From NCBI RefSeq assembly GCF_053078305.1, contig NZ_CP166879.1: a stretch of DNA of 64,000 nucleotides; one strand, 5' to 3'. Positions within the stretch are counted from its first letter, which is position 1. Each line of letters starts with the position of its first letter. Shown here one piece after another: positions 36,174 to 47,207 of the stretch. The notes under the pieces are model-generated. The model was not told the DNA's origin. It saw only the letters and a list, made by a program, of their open reading frames with translations, and ran no database searches. The position numbers and the translations under genes are program-made.

Positions 36174-36508
36174 TATTCGTCGTCGCCAATCTCATCATCA
36201 ATGTTGACGTCCATGCCAGCGACAAGTTTCTTTCCTTGTTGAATGTCGAATGGACGAGTTTTTTGCGGGTTGTTCTGGATATCTGCATCCAGAAAACGCA
36301 AAAATGCATTCATAGTATGATCCTCCTGTTCATCTCCCAGTCGGCACATAAATACTTGCCCACCAGGCAGAATTTCGTAATGAATGTTGTCCAGGCCTGG
36401 CTTCAGTTTTAAGGCCTCACGCACTGGCGCGGGGATAGTTGTTTGTCCGCGTATCGTGACCTTTGATTCAGTGGTCAGTACAGCGTGAGAGCGAGCATTA
36501 GCGGGCAT
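36173..36508 (-). CDS. prlF: antitoxin PrlF (SohA), 111 aa
   Basis: Start set at MPANARSHAVLTTESKV; AbrB/SpoVT-type N-terminus and acidic C-terminus. Confidence 0.88.
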   Translation of the reverse strand: MPANARSHAVLTTESKVTIRGQTTIPAPVREALKLKPGLDNIHYEILPGGQVFMCRLGDEQEDHTMNAFLRFLDADIQNNPQKTRPFDIQQGKKLVAGMDVNIDDEIGDDE

Positions 36509-36605
36509 TAGGCACTGTACTTTTACAGCCTGTTTTCTGCTCAAATTATAAGCTTCAGCAAAGTAATGCAAATGCATTATTAATGGACGTGGGGGTTTTA
36601 AACAA

Positions 36606-36634
36606 TAAAAACATGGCACTAAGGCCATGTTTTG
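36606..36634 (-). terminator. intrinsic terminator downstream of garD
   Basis: Perfect 8-bp stem aacatggc / gccatgtt with 6-nt loop flanked by A- and T-runs. Confidence 0.7.
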
Positions 36635-36655
36635 CGAGGGACGTTCCAAAAGAAA

Positions 36656-38227
36656 TCAGGTCACCGGTGCCGGGTTAAACACCGCCAGCTGGTTATGCAG
36701 TCCCCATTGATCCGAGAAGGTTTTCTTCTTCCCGCTGGCGACGTCGAGAATAAAGTGGAACAACTTCCAGCCCACCTCTTCAATGGTTTCTTCGCCGGTG
36801 GCGATAGTGCCCGCGTTAATGTCCATTAAATCAAACCAGCGGTTCGCCAGCTCGGTGCGGGTCGCCATTTTAATGACGGGTACCGCCATCAGGCCGTACG
36901 GCGTACCACGACCGGTCGTAAACACTTGCACGGTGATACCCGAAGCCACCTGTTGCGTGCCACAGACAAAATCGCTGGCTGGCGTCGCGGCGTAAATTAA
37001 TCCGCGTTTAGTCGGGCGTTGACCGGGCGACAGCACTTCAACAATTGCACTTTTACCCGATTTAGCAATGGAGCCGAGTGCCTTCTCTACCACGTTTGCC
37101 AGACCGCCTTTCTTGTTGCCCGGCGAAGGGTTGGCGCTGCGGTCGGTTTTTCCCATATTGAGATAGTTATCGTACCACTCCATCTCCTCCAGCAGCCGTT
37201 TGCCGACCTCTTCGTTCACTGCGCGTGGTGTCAGCAGATGGATCGCGTCACGCACTTCCGTGACTTCTGAGAACATCACCGTTGCGCCGCAGCGCACCAG
37301 TAGATCAGACGCATACCCAACCGCCGGGTTTGCCGTTACGCCAGAAAAGGCATCGCTGCCACCGCACTGCATGCCGACAACCAGTTCTGAAGCCGGACAG
37401 GTTTCTCGCTGACGTTGATTCAGTTTTTGTAGATGGCGTTCGGCGACCTGCAAAATATCCTCGACCATGGACTGAAAACCGACATGCTTTTCATCCTGCA
37501 AACTGACAATGCTGGCGCTTTCTACTGGAATAGCTTGCACATCATCCGTTCCAGTCAGCAGGCGCTCAGGCTGCAACTTTTCACAACCCAGGCCAATCAC
37601 CATTACTTCGCCGCCAAAGTTAGGGTTCAGCGAAATATTGTGAATGGTACGAATAGGTACAACTGCCGCCGGTGCGTTAATCGCCACGCCACAACCGTAC
37701 AAATGATTCAGCCCCACCACGCCATCGACGTTCGGGTATTTCGGTAGCAGATCGCGTTCAATGATTTTTACTACATAGTCCACCACGCCTGCCACACAGT
37801 GGACGCTGGTGGTGATGCCGAGCAGGTTTTTGGTGCCCACGCTGCCATCGGCATTGCGATAGCCCTCAAAGGTGTATCCTTCCAGCGGCGGTAAGGGTTC
37901 CGGGACTTTGGTTGCCAGTGGCAGCGTGTGTAACGGCGGCGCTTCCGGTAGTACAACCATTGACTCGTCGATCCAGCTTCCGCGTGGGATTGCGCGCACG
38001 GCGTAACCAATCACTTCGCCATAACGAATAATTTCACCATTAGCCGGAATGTCCAGCAATGCGACTTTATGCCCCTGGGGAATATGTTCAATTAATTCCA
38101 GCCCATCCGGAAAACGCGTTCCTGCTTTCAGGCCATTATCATTAACAATAATTGCCACATTATCTGTGTCGTGAACTTTTATATAAAACGCAGTTGGCGT
38201 TTCTTGTCTGATTTCGATGTTGGCCAT
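36656..38227 (-). CDS. garD: galactarate dehydratase GarD, 523 aa
   Basis: ORF recognised. Confidence 0.94.
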   Translation of the reverse strand: MANIEIRQETPTAFYIKVHDTDNVAIIVNDNGLKAGTRFPDGLELIEHIPQGHKVALLDIPANGEIIRYGEVIGYAVRAIPRGSWIDESMVVLPEAPPLHTLPLATKVPEPLPPLEGYTFEGYRNADGSVGTKNLLGITTSVHCVAGVVDYVVKIIERDLLPKYPNVDGVVGLNHLYGCGVAINAPAAVVPIRTIHNISLNPNFGGEVMVIGLGCEKLQPERLLTGTDDVQAIPVESASIVSLQDEKHVGFQSMVEDILQVAERHLQKLNQRQRETCPASELVVGMQCGGSDAFSGVTANPAVGYASDLLVRCGATVMFSEVTEVRDAIHLLTPRAVNEEVGKRLLEEMEWYDNYLNMGKTDRSANPSPGNKKGGLANVVEKALGSIAKSGKSAIVEVLSPGQRPTKRGLIYAATPASDFVCGTQQVASGITVQVFTTGRGTPYGLMAVPVIKMATRTELANRWFDLMDINAGTIATGEETIEEVGWKLFHFILDVASGKKKTFSDQWGLHNQLAVFNPAPVT

Positions 38228-38601
38228 TGTGCAATATTCTCCAGCCAGGGGTTATTAAAATGAGGACCTGGTCTCATTTAAAAATAAATGACTTCATTGG
38301 GTGAAATAAGAATGTCAGGAGTTTAAACGCAGAAATGTGATCAATGTCAATCATTTCAGGGATTGCAATGCCGCCCGGCAAGGTAAAGCGCAAATCTGTG
38401 CTTTAGCGCGCAACCTTATGTGCATATGCTCAAAATAATATTTAAATAGTATTAATTAAATTAGCATTTGCACAATGATTATTATTCTCGCGCTGCTTAT
38501 ACTAATTCCCGAGTTCATTGTCGTTACGGCATAAATGAAACTCATAAATAACACCTTCCCCATAATAATAAAAATCAGCATAAGTACCCGAGGTAAATAA
38601 A

Positions 38602-39936
38602 ATGATTCTGGACACCGTTGACGAAAAAAAGAAAGGCGTGCATACCCGCTATTTAATATTACTGATTATTTTTATTGTTACCGCCGTTAACTACGCCGAT
38701 CGTGCAACGCTGTCTATTGCTGGTACCGAAGTGGCAAAAGAGTTGCAGTTAAGTGCGGTTTCGATGGGTTACATCTTTTCTGCTTTTGGCTGGGCCTACT
38801 TGCTGATGCAAATCCCCGGCGGCTGGCTGCTTGATAAGTTTGGCTCGAAAAAAGTTTACACCTACAGCCTCTTTTTCTGGTCGCTATTCACCTTCCTGCA
38901 AGGCTTTGTTGATATGTTCCCGCTGGCCTGGGCAGGGATCTCCATGTTCTTTATGCGCTTTATGCTCGGCTTCTCGGAAGCGCCATCATTCCCGGCGAAC
39001 GCCCGTATTGTCGCCGCCTGGTTCCCGACGAAAGAACGTGGTACTGCCTCCGCCATCTTTAACTCGGCGCAATATTTCTCGCTGGCGCTCTTTTCGCCTC
39101 TGCTTGGCTGGCTGACTTTCGCCTGGGGCTGGGAGCACGTCTTTACCGTTATGGGGGTGATTGGTTTTGTGCTGACGGCGCTGTGGATCAAATTGATTCA
39201 TAACCCGACAGATCACCCACGTATGTCTGCGGAAGAGCTGAAGTTTATCTCTGAAAATGGCGCGGTGGTCGATATGGACCACAAAAAGCCGGGCAGTGCG
39301 GCAGCAAGCGGACCCAAACTGCATTACATCAAGCAATTGCTCTCTAACCGCATGATGCTTGGCGTATTTTTCGGACAATATTTTATCAACACCATCACCT
39401 GGTTCTTCCTCACCTGGTTCCCGATTTATCTGGTGCAGGAAAAAGGTATGTCGATTCTGAAAGTGGGTCTGGTCGCCTCGATTCCAGCACTGTGTGGTTT
39501 TGCGGGCGGCGTGCTGGGAGGTGTCTTCTCGGATTATCTGATCAAACGCGGTTTATCCCTGACCCTGGCACGTAAGCTACCGATTGTGCTGGGAATGTTG
39601 CTGGCTTCCACCATCATCTTATGTAACTACACCAACAACACCACGCTGGTGGTCATGCTGATGGCGCTGGCTTTCTTTGGCAAAGGATTTGGTGCGCTGG
39701 GCTGGCCGGTGATTTCTGACACCGCGCCGAAAGAGATTGTTGGCCTCTGCGGCGGCGTCTTTAACGTCTTTGGCAATGTTGCCTCCATTGTCACTCCACT
39801 GGTGATTGGCTACCTGGTAAGTGAACTGCACTCCTTCAATGCAGCACTGGTTTTCGTGGGATGTTCAGCGCTGATGGCGATGGTCTGCTACCTCTTCGTA
39901 GTTGGCGACATTAAACGTATGGAATTGCAGAAATAA
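38602..39936 (+). CDS. garP: galactarate/glucarate/glycerate MFS transporter GarP, 444 aa
   Basis: ORF recognised. Confidence 0.92.
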   Translation: MILDTVDEKKKGVHTRYLILLIIFIVTAVNYADRATLSIAGTEVAKELQLSAVSMGYIFSAFGWAYLLMQIPGGWLLDKFGSKKVYTYSLFFWSLFTFLQGFVDMFPLAWAGISMFFMRFMLGFSEAPSFPANARIVAAWFPTKERGTASAIFNSAQYFSLALFSPLLGWLTFAWGWEHVFTVMGVIGFVLTALWIKLIHNPTDHPRMSAEELKFISENGAVVDMDHKKPGSAAASGPKLHYIKQLLSNRMMLGVFFGQYFINTITWFFLTWFPIYLVQEKGMSILKVGLVASIPALCGFAGGVLGGVFSDYLIKRGLSLTLARKLPIVLGMLLASTIILCNYTNNTTLVVMLMALAFFGKGFGALGWPVISDTAPKEIVGLCGGVFNVFGNVASIVTPLVIGYLVSELHSFNAALVFVGCSALMAMVCYLFVVGDIKRMELQK

Positions 39937-39951
39937 GCAAAGGTATAAGCG

Positions 39952-40722
39952 ATGAATAACGATGTTTTCCCGAATAAATTCAAAGCCGCACTGGCTGCGA
40001 AACAGGTACAAATTGGTTGCTGGTCAGCACTCTCTAACCCGATTAGCACTGAAGTTCTTGGTTTGGCTGGGTTTGACTGGCTGGTGCTGGATGGCGAACA
40101 TGCGCCAAACGATATCTCCACGTTTATTCCGCAGTTAATGGCCCTGAAAGGCAGCGCCAGCGCGCCAGTAGTACGAGTGCCGACCAACGAGCCGGTAATT
40201 ATTAAGCGTCTTCTGGATATCGGTTTCTATAACTTCCTGATTCCTTTTGTAGAAACAAAAGAGGAAGCAGAGCAGGCGGTGGCATCGACGCGTTATCCGC
40301 CAGAAGGCATTCGCGGCGTCTCCGTTTCTCACCGCGCCAATATGTTTGGCACCGTGGCGGATTATTTCGCTCAGTCGAACAAGAACATCACTATTCTGGT
40401 CCAGATAGAAAGTCAGCAGGGCGTAGATAACGTCGATGCTATTGCCGCTACCGAAGGCGTAGACGGCATCTTCGTCGGCCCCAGCGATCTGGCCGCGGCA
40501 TTAGGCCATCTCGGCAATGCCTCGCACCCGGATGTACAAAAAGCAATTCAGCACATTTTTAACCGTGCCAGCGCGCACGGCAAACCCAGCGGTATCCTCG
40601 CGCCGGTCGAAGCCGATGCGCGTCGTTATCTGGCATGGGGCGCGACGTTTGTGGCTGTCGGCAGCGATCTCGGCGTCTTCCGCTCTGCCACTCAGAAACT
40701 GGCTGATACCTTTAAAAAATAA
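39952..40722 (+). CDS. garL: 5-keto-4-deoxy-D-glucarate aldolase GarL, 256 aa
   Basis: ORF recognised. Confidence 0.94.
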   Translation: MNNDVFPNKFKAALAAKQVQIGCWSALSNPISTEVLGLAGFDWLVLDGEHAPNDISTFIPQLMALKGSASAPVVRVPTNEPVIIKRLLDIGFYNFLIPFVETKEEAEQAVASTRYPPEGIRGVSVSHRANMFGTVADYFAQSNKNITILVQIESQQGVDNVDAIAATEGVDGIFVGPSDLAAALGHLGNASHPDVQKAIQHIFNRASAHGKPSGILAPVEADARRYLAWGATFVAVGSDLGVFRSATQKLADTFKK

Positions 40723-40751
40723 CCACCACCGCAACAAGAGAGATGATTGAT

Positions 40752-41642
40752 ATGACTATGAAAGTTGGTTTTATTGGCCTGGGGATTATGGGTAAACCAA
40801 TGAGTAAAAACCTTCTGAAAGCAGGTTACTCGCTGGTGGTTGCTGACCGTAACCCAGAAGCTATTGCTGACGTGATTGCTGCAGGTGCAGAAACAGCGTC
40901 TACGGCTAAAGCGATCGCTGAACAGTGCGACGTCATCATAACCATGCTGCCAAACTCCCCTCATGTGAAAGAGGTGGCGCTGGGTGAGAATGGCATTATT
41001 GAAGGCGCGAAGCCAGGTACGGTATTGATCGATATGAGTTCTATCGCACCGCTGGCAAGCCGTGAAATCAGCGAAGCGCTGAAAGCGAAAGGCATTGATA
41101 TGCTGGATGCTCCGGTGAGCGGCGGTGAACCGAAAGCCATCGACGGTACGCTGTCAGTGATGGTGGGCGGCGACAAGGCTATTTTCGACAAATACTATGA
41201 TTTGATGAAAGCGATGGCGGGTTCCGTGGTGCATACCGGGGAAATCGGTGCAGGTAACGTCACTAAACTGGCAAATCAGGTCATTGTGGCGCTGAATATT
41301 GCCGCGATGTCAGAAGCGTTAACGCTGGCAACTAAAGCGGGCGTTAACCCGGACCTGGTTTATCAGGCAATTCGTGGTGGGCTGGCGGGCAGTACCGTGC
41401 TGGATGCCAAAGCGCCGATGGTGATGGACCGCAACTTCAAGCCGGGCTTCCGTATTGATCTGCATATTAAGGATCTGGCGAATGCGCTGGATACTTCTCA
41501 CGGCGTCGGCGCACAACTGCCGCTCACAGCTGCGGTTATGGAGATGATGCAGGCACTGCGTGCAGATGGTTTAGGAACGGCGGATCATAGCGCCCTGGCG
41601 TGCTACTACGAAAAACTGGCGAAAGTCGAAGTTACTCGTTAA
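40752..41642 (+). CDS. garR: tartronate semialdehyde reductase GarR (about 294-296 aa)
   Basis: Start chosen at ATG 40752 (MTMKVGFIGLG) by Shine-Dalgarno spacing; ATG 40758 is possible. Confidence 0.9.
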   Translation: MTMKVGFIGLGIMGKPMSKNLLKAGYSLVVADRNPEAIADVIAAGAETASTAKAIAEQCDVIITMLPNSPHVKEVALGENGIIEGAKPGTVLIDMSSIAPLASREISEALKAKGIDMLDAPVSGGEPKAIDGTLSVMVGGDKAIFDKYYDLMKAMAGSVVHTGEIGAGNVTKLANQVIVALNIAAMSEALTLATKAGVNPDLVYQAIRGGLAGSTVLDAKAPMVMDRNFKPGFRIDLHIKDLANALDTSHGVGAQLPLTAAVMEMMQALRADGLGTADHSALACYYEKLAKVEVTR

Positions 41643-41738
41643 TGACGTCGTGCCCGGATGGCGTATTGCAATCCGGGCCTGGAATCCAGGCCGAATAAGA
41701 GAAACGCCCTCCGGCGTCATGTGGTAACAGGCATAGGT

Positions 41739-42884
41739 ATGAAAATCGTAATCGCCCCAGACTCTTATAAAGAAAGTTTATCTGCCAGCGAGGTTGCGCA
41801 GGCGATAGAAAAAGGATTTCGGGAAATTTTTCCTGATGCACAGTACGTTTCTGTTCCTGTTGCCGACGGTGGCGAAGGAACGGTGGAAGCGATGATTGCA
41901 GCCACCCAGGGTTCCGAACGTCACGCCTGGGTTACAGGGCCGCTGGGCGAGAAAGTGAATGCCAGTTGGGGGATCTCCGGCGATGGCAAAACCGCGTTTA
42001 TTGAAATGGCGGCGGCCAGTGGGCTGGAGCTGGTACCTGCGGAAAAACGCGATCCACTCGTGACCACTTCACGCGGCACAGGCGAGTTAATCCTGCAGGC
42101 GCTGGAGAGCGGCGCGACAAACATTATTATCGGCATTGGCGGCAGCGCTACAAATGATGGCGGCGCAGGCATGGTACAGGCGCTGGGGGCGAAATTATGC
42201 GACGCCAACGGCAATGAAATTGGTTTTGGCGGCGGTAGTCTTAATACTCTGAATGATATTGATATTTCCGGCCTCGATCCGCGCTTAAAAGATTGCGTCA
42301 TTCGCGTCGCTTGTGATGTCACCAATCCGCTGGTGGGCGATAACGGCGCATCGCGCATCTTTGGCCCACAAAAGGGAGCCAGTGAAGCGATGATTGTTGA
42401 GCTGGACAATAACCTCTCTCACTATGCCGAGGTCATTAAAAAAGCGCTGCATGTTGATGTGAAAGATGTCCCCGGCGCAGGAGCTGCTGGCGGTATGGGA
42501 GCGGCGCTGATGGCGTTTCTTGGTGCGGAACTGAAAAGTGGTATTGAAATCGTCACTACGGCGCTGAATCTGGAGGAACATATTCACGATTGTACGCTGG
42601 TGATCACCGGTGAAGGGCGTATTGACAGCCAGAGTATTCACGGCAAGGTACCGATTGGCGTCGCAAACGTGGCGAAGAAGTACCATAAACCGGTGATTGG
42701 CATTGCGGGTAGCCTGACCGATGATGTTGGCGTTGTACATCAGCATGGTATTGATGCGGTCTTCAGCGTACTGACCAGCATTGGTACGTTGGACGAAGCA
42801 TTCCGCGGGGCTTATGACAATATCTGCCGTGCTTCACGTAATATCGCCGCGACACTGGCGATTGGAATGCGCAACGCGGGGTGA
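41739..42884 (+). CDS. garK: glycerate 2-kinase GarK, 381 aa
   Basis: Start set at MKIVIAPDSYKESLSA. Confidence 0.9.
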   Translation: MKIVIAPDSYKESLSASEVAQAIEKGFREIFPDAQYVSVPVADGGEGTVEAMIAATQGSERHAWVTGPLGEKVNASWGISGDGKTAFIEMAAASGLELVPAEKRDPLVTTSRGTGELILQALESGATNIIIGIGGSATNDGGAGMVQALGAKLCDANGNEIGFGGGSLNTLNDIDISGLDPRLKDCVIRVACDVTNPLVGDNGASRIFGPQKGASEAMIVELDNNLSHYAEVIKKALHVDVKDVPGAGAAGGMGAALMAFLGAELKSGIEIVTTALNLEEHIHDCTLVITGEGRIDSQSIHGKVPIGVANVAKKYHKPVIGIAGSLTDDVGVVHQHGIDAVFSVLTSIGTLDEAFRGAYDNICRASRNIAATLAIGMRNAG

Positions 42885-42909
42885 CAAGGGCGCGCAAACC
42901 CTCTATACT
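42882..42909 (+). promoter_or_regulatory. rnpB promoter (-35 tgacaa, -10 tatact)
   Basis: Hexamers with 16-bp spacing, -10 ending about 7 nt before the M1 RNA 5' end. Confidence 0.65.
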
Positions 42910-42916
42910 GCGCGCC

Positions 42917-43293
<377 letters not shown>

Positions 43294-43632
43294 GATTTAC
43301 GTAAAAACCCGCTTCGGCGGGTTTTTGCTTTTGGAGGGGCAGAAAGATGAATGACTGTCCACGACACTATACCCAAAAGAAAGCGGCTTATCGGTCAGTT
43401 TCACCTGATTTACGTAAAAACCCGCTTCGGCGGTTTTTTGCTTTTGGAGGGGCAGAAAGATGAATGACTGTCCACGACACTATACCCAAAAGAAAGCGGC
43501 TTATCGGTCAGTTTTACCTGATTTAACGAAAACCCGCCAGCGTAAACTGGCGGGTTTTTGCTTTTGGTGCACAGGGTAAGATGAATAAATATCTACGGTA
43601 TTAATAATAGACTTTGTAAGAAGTTATTAAGT

Positions 43633-44821
43633 CTATATTGCATTTAAAAGGTCGTAATTATACGTATAGTCCTCTCTGGTAAAATATTGGTTCTCTGAGT
43701 TATATGCTTCATATGTGTTATATTCCCCGACCTCAAAACCATTGTCCGGAGAATTTTCGTCTTTCTCGAGGGTGTTATCTGAAAGTAACTCTTCTGAGCT
43801 AGAGTCTTCTATGTTTAAATCCATAGTATAATTAATTTGGGGAATGACCAGATAAGCATTTTCTTTGATATTTTCATAATCTTCAATGATTATGTCGATA
43901 TAATCATGTATTTTTTTCTGATGAGAAATCTATCATCTCTGGTAATTTAATTCTGTTCAAGAAATTATTGATTTTCGATGAGCTTTTATATATTTCTTTT
44001 GTTAATTCATTTTCTAATTTATCTGTAAGAGTTGCTCTTGGTATAGATTTTATAATTGCAAATCTCATGATTTTTAATTGTTCTTCGGTAATATCTCCAA
44101 GCTCATTTAAACAACTTTCGACAAGCTTAATTTTTTCTTCAGAATACATATCGCTAATGCTTGTTAGAACAGGCGTTATTTTTAGTAAATAATCCCAGGA
44201 GATTGTGGTGTTTTGTTTTGAACTAACGAAATTTACCTGAAACATGTTGGCATTAGTAAAATCTGTGTCATCCAATTTAAAAGGATTTAAAATTGCATTG
44301 GCCATATGTTTATCTGTAAAATCATAAAGTTCTAAATCGACATTCCGTAAGTCCAGAGAGGATAGATCAACTATACCTCCAGTTCCACAACTAAAAACTA
44401 CGTTTAACCTCCTGATTTCATTGTAAATATCTTTCAATGGACAATTAACATTGATATTGCCTGTGGATATTTCCTGGTTTTTTAACGGTTCATTAATTGT
44501 AAGTTCGCAGGTATTGTCTGATCGTTGAATAATTCGGGCGTTATAACCAAAAAAATCCATACGAAGAGACGAATCATTATAAAGAATTACATTTTGTAAG
44601 TACGCTAATTCTTTTTGAAAATCACCAGTGATAACACATTTCCCACCTGGTTGTAACGCGTTAAGTAAAGTGACCATTTCAATAGAGGTCTGTTTTAGTT
44701 TTTCTATACCTGGTGCTAGTGCTTCGAGGTTATTAACTATGGGGCTTTCAGGAAGGTCATTCATTTTTCGACGGACTAAATCACTACTAATATCATTACC
44801 AATTGATGAAACAGGGAACAT
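43633..44821 (-). pseudogene. yhaC: yhaC with +1 frameshift in A7/T7 homopolymer
   Basis: Two adjacent ORFs (44821-43904 and 43824-43633) in different frames; locus is 1189 nt where an intact 395-aa gene needs 1188; shift maps to T7 run at 43911-43917. Confidence 0.7.
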
Positions 44822-44842
44822 TATTTTATCCTTTATAAATAA

Positions 44843-45403
44843 TCAATAAAAATCATTATTAAAATGATCGGGTGAAAAAAAGAGAATTTGCCAACAATCT
44901 GAAGTAATGCTGGTTTTATTAAAGTGCACAAGAGGTGTTAAGATGGCTTCTTTTCGGGTGAATTTTGCACAATACTTAGAAATCGTCTCCTTAATACATT
45001 CCAGCTCTTTTTTATTGACGGCTGAGCAAGTACATTGTTCGCCAAAAGGTGCAAAAGTGCCTACATCTAATGTTTGTATGATATAATCATCATGTTCTCC
45101 TGTAGAAATATCTATGATGAATGGACTCATATTTTCCGGTTGGATTCGGATCATGACAGAAGGAACATCGCCTTGATAGAAATTCAATGCAGTAATTGCA
45201 GATAATACTCTCCGCAGTTCATTACTTATACTGTATATTTTATTAACGTCATTGGTGGAGACAATTTCTGCAAACTTTCTTTTTACCGTCCAATAATCAA
45301 TATTTCTATTGTGATTGTTAACCACTGCGTGCATTGGTGGGATTGAAGGGTGAAAAATATGTGCAATTGGGAAGCCTTTCATTGATGCCTGCCTTGTCAT
45401 CAT
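44843..45403 (-). CDS. yhaB: uncharacterised protein YhaB (about 186 aa)
   Basis: ORF recognised; exact start among adjacent Met codons uncertain; AT-rich. Confidence 0.78.
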   Translation of the reverse strand: MMTRQASMKGFPIAHIFHPSIPPMHAVVNNHNRNIDYWTVKRKFAEIVSTNDVNKIYSISNELRRVLSAITALNFYQGDVPSVMIRIQPENMSPFIIDISTGEHDDYIIQTLDVGTFAPFGEQCTCSAVNKKELECIKETISKYCAKFTRKEAILTPLVHFNKTSITSDCWQILFFSPDHFNNDFY

Positions 45404-45637
45404 GACAAACAATAATAGATGCTTATTTTCCTCGCAGGGTTCTTTCGCACTATCAAAAAACGCTCATTTACCCGGCGTTACAGTAAACGAAGCAACATTC
45501 TGTGGCCTACGCCGATCAAAAGCTCTGTGAAAATTTCCCTTGTTGTCTTTGTCTGACCTTATCGCGGCGATCAGCAATTATTCGTTTTGTGATCCTCAAC
45601 ACAAAATGCTATTCGTCGCCTATGAAGGGAGAAGAAT

Positions 45638-45982
45638 TTATGGAAAACGATTGCATTCACAAAATGACGTCCTGTCAGAAGAGAAAAAGTTGATGTTAAT
45701 CAATTGTTCGAGATGATCAATACCTGTATTCGAAATTTTAAAATATTGATAAAATAAATGTTTGTTCTCCAACAAATAGCGTGAAAAAATGTGACGTGCC
45801 GCATTATTTATCGCTGAAAATGGTTTATTTATAATAAAATTTGAGAACTTGCTCATTAAATTTAACTCAAATTTTGCCTGGTAATTATCCGGTAATTGCT
45901 TGAAATATGGTCTCAGCCCCTTTTTTGTATTAACCACATAACGAATGATGTTATCGCCATAAAATATGGTTATCCCCGTCAT
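45638..45982 (-). CDS. tdcR: TdcR, putative tdc operon regulator (long form about 114 aa)
   Basis: ORF recognised; start uncertain (shorter forms annotated in some genomes). Confidence 0.65.
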   Translation of the reverse strand: MTGITIFYGDNIIRYVVNTKKGLRPYFKQLPDNYQAKFELNLMSKFSNFIINKPFSAINNAARHIFSRYLLENKHLFYQYFKISNTGIDHLEQLININFFSSDRTSFCECNRFP

Positions 45983-46092
45983 TTTTTTTGACAAAAATCA
46001 GGGTTTATGCTGATTTTTATACTTTAACTTATTGATATTTAAAGGTATTTAATTGACATGACGATACCTTGGAAAGTATTGAAAGTTAATTT

Positions 46093-46108
46093 GTGAGTGG
46101 TCGCACAT
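46093..46108 (+). promoter_or_regulatory. CRP binding site in tdc promoter
   Basis: tgtgagtggtcgcaca matches TGTGA-N6-TCACA; tdc operon is known to be catabolite-controlled. Confidence 0.6.
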
Positions 46109-46170
46109 ATCCTGTTCATTTCATTTTGATACACTTCATGCCGTCAATGAGGTAATTAACGTAGGTCGTT

Positions 46171-47109
46171 ATGAGCACTATTCTTCTTCCGAAAACGCAG
46201 CACCTGGTAGTCTTTCAGGAAGTCATTAGAAGTGGCTCTATCGGCTCGGCTGCAAAAGAATTAGGGTTAACTCAACCGGCCGTCAGTAAAATCATTAACG
46301 ATATTGAAGATTATTTTGGTGTGGAATTAGTGGTGCGGAAAAATACCGGAGTAACATTAACACCTGCCGGTCAATTGTTACTCTCTCGTTCCGAATCCAT
46401 TACCCGTGAAATGAAAAATATGGTTAATGAGATAAGCGGTATGTCTTCTGAGGCGGTGGTGGAAGTCTCATTTGGTTTTCCTTCATTGATTGGTTTTACT
46501 TTTATGTCAGGGATGATCAACAAGTTCAAAGAGGTGTTCCCGAAAGCGCAGGTTTCTATGTATGAAGCGCAACTGTCTTCGTTCTTACCGGCAATCCGCG
46601 ACGGTCGACTTGATTTTGCGATTGGTACGTTAAGCGCAGAAATGAAGCTTCAGGATTTACATGTTGAGCCGCTGTTCGAGTCCGAGTTTGTGCTGGTAGC
46701 CAGTAAGTCCCGAACATGCACCGGCACCACCACGCTGGAGTCGTTGAAGAACGAACAGTGGGTGTTGCCACAAACTAATATGGGGTACTACAGCGAACTG
46801 CTTACTACGTTACAAAGAAATGGCATCAGTATTGAAAACATCGTTAAAACCGACTCAGTCGTGACAATTTATAATCTTGTTCTCAATGCTGATTTCTTAA
46901 CTGTAATTCCTTGTGATATGACGTCTCCTTTTGGTTCTAATCAATTTATTACTATTCCGGTTGAAGAAACATTACCTGTGGCACAATATGCCGCGGTATG
47001 GTCGAAAAATTATCGTATTAAAAAAGCAGCATCGGTTTTGGTGGAATTAGCCAAAGAGTATTCATCTTATAATGGGTGTAGACGAAGGCAATTAATAGAA
47101 GTTGGTTAG
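46171..47109 (+). CDS. tdcA: LysR-family activator TdcA, 312 aa
   Basis: ORF recognised. Confidence 0.92.
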   Translation: MSTILLPKTQHLVVFQEVIRSGSIGSAAKELGLTQPAVSKIINDIEDYFGVELVVRKNTGVTLTPAGQLLLSRSESITREMKNMVNEISGMSSEAVVEVSFGFPSLIGFTFMSGMINKFKEVFPKAQVSMYEAQLSSFLPAIRDGRLDFAIGTLSAEMKLQDLHVEPLFESEFVLVASKSRTCTGTTTLESLKNEQWVLPQTNMGYYSELLTTLQRNGISIENIVKTDSVVTIYNLVLNADFLTVIPCDMTSPFGSNQFITIPVEETLPVAQYAAVWSKNYRIKKAASVLVELAKEYSSYNGCRRRQLIEVG

Positions 47110-47207
47110 TTATTTGTTTTTATTTAAACATAAATAATCCACCTGTCTGTCTTGCAGGTGTCGGTTACGGTTACCTACATATTTAATTCAGGCGAAGAGG
47201 TTTTATA

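Noticed and set aside
38250-38285. Imperfect palindrome aaatgaggacctggtctcattt upstream of garD as a candidate regulator site or attenuator
   Set aside because: Stem is short with a bulge, and I cannot tie it to a known CdaR consensus from memory; too weak to call without comparative data.
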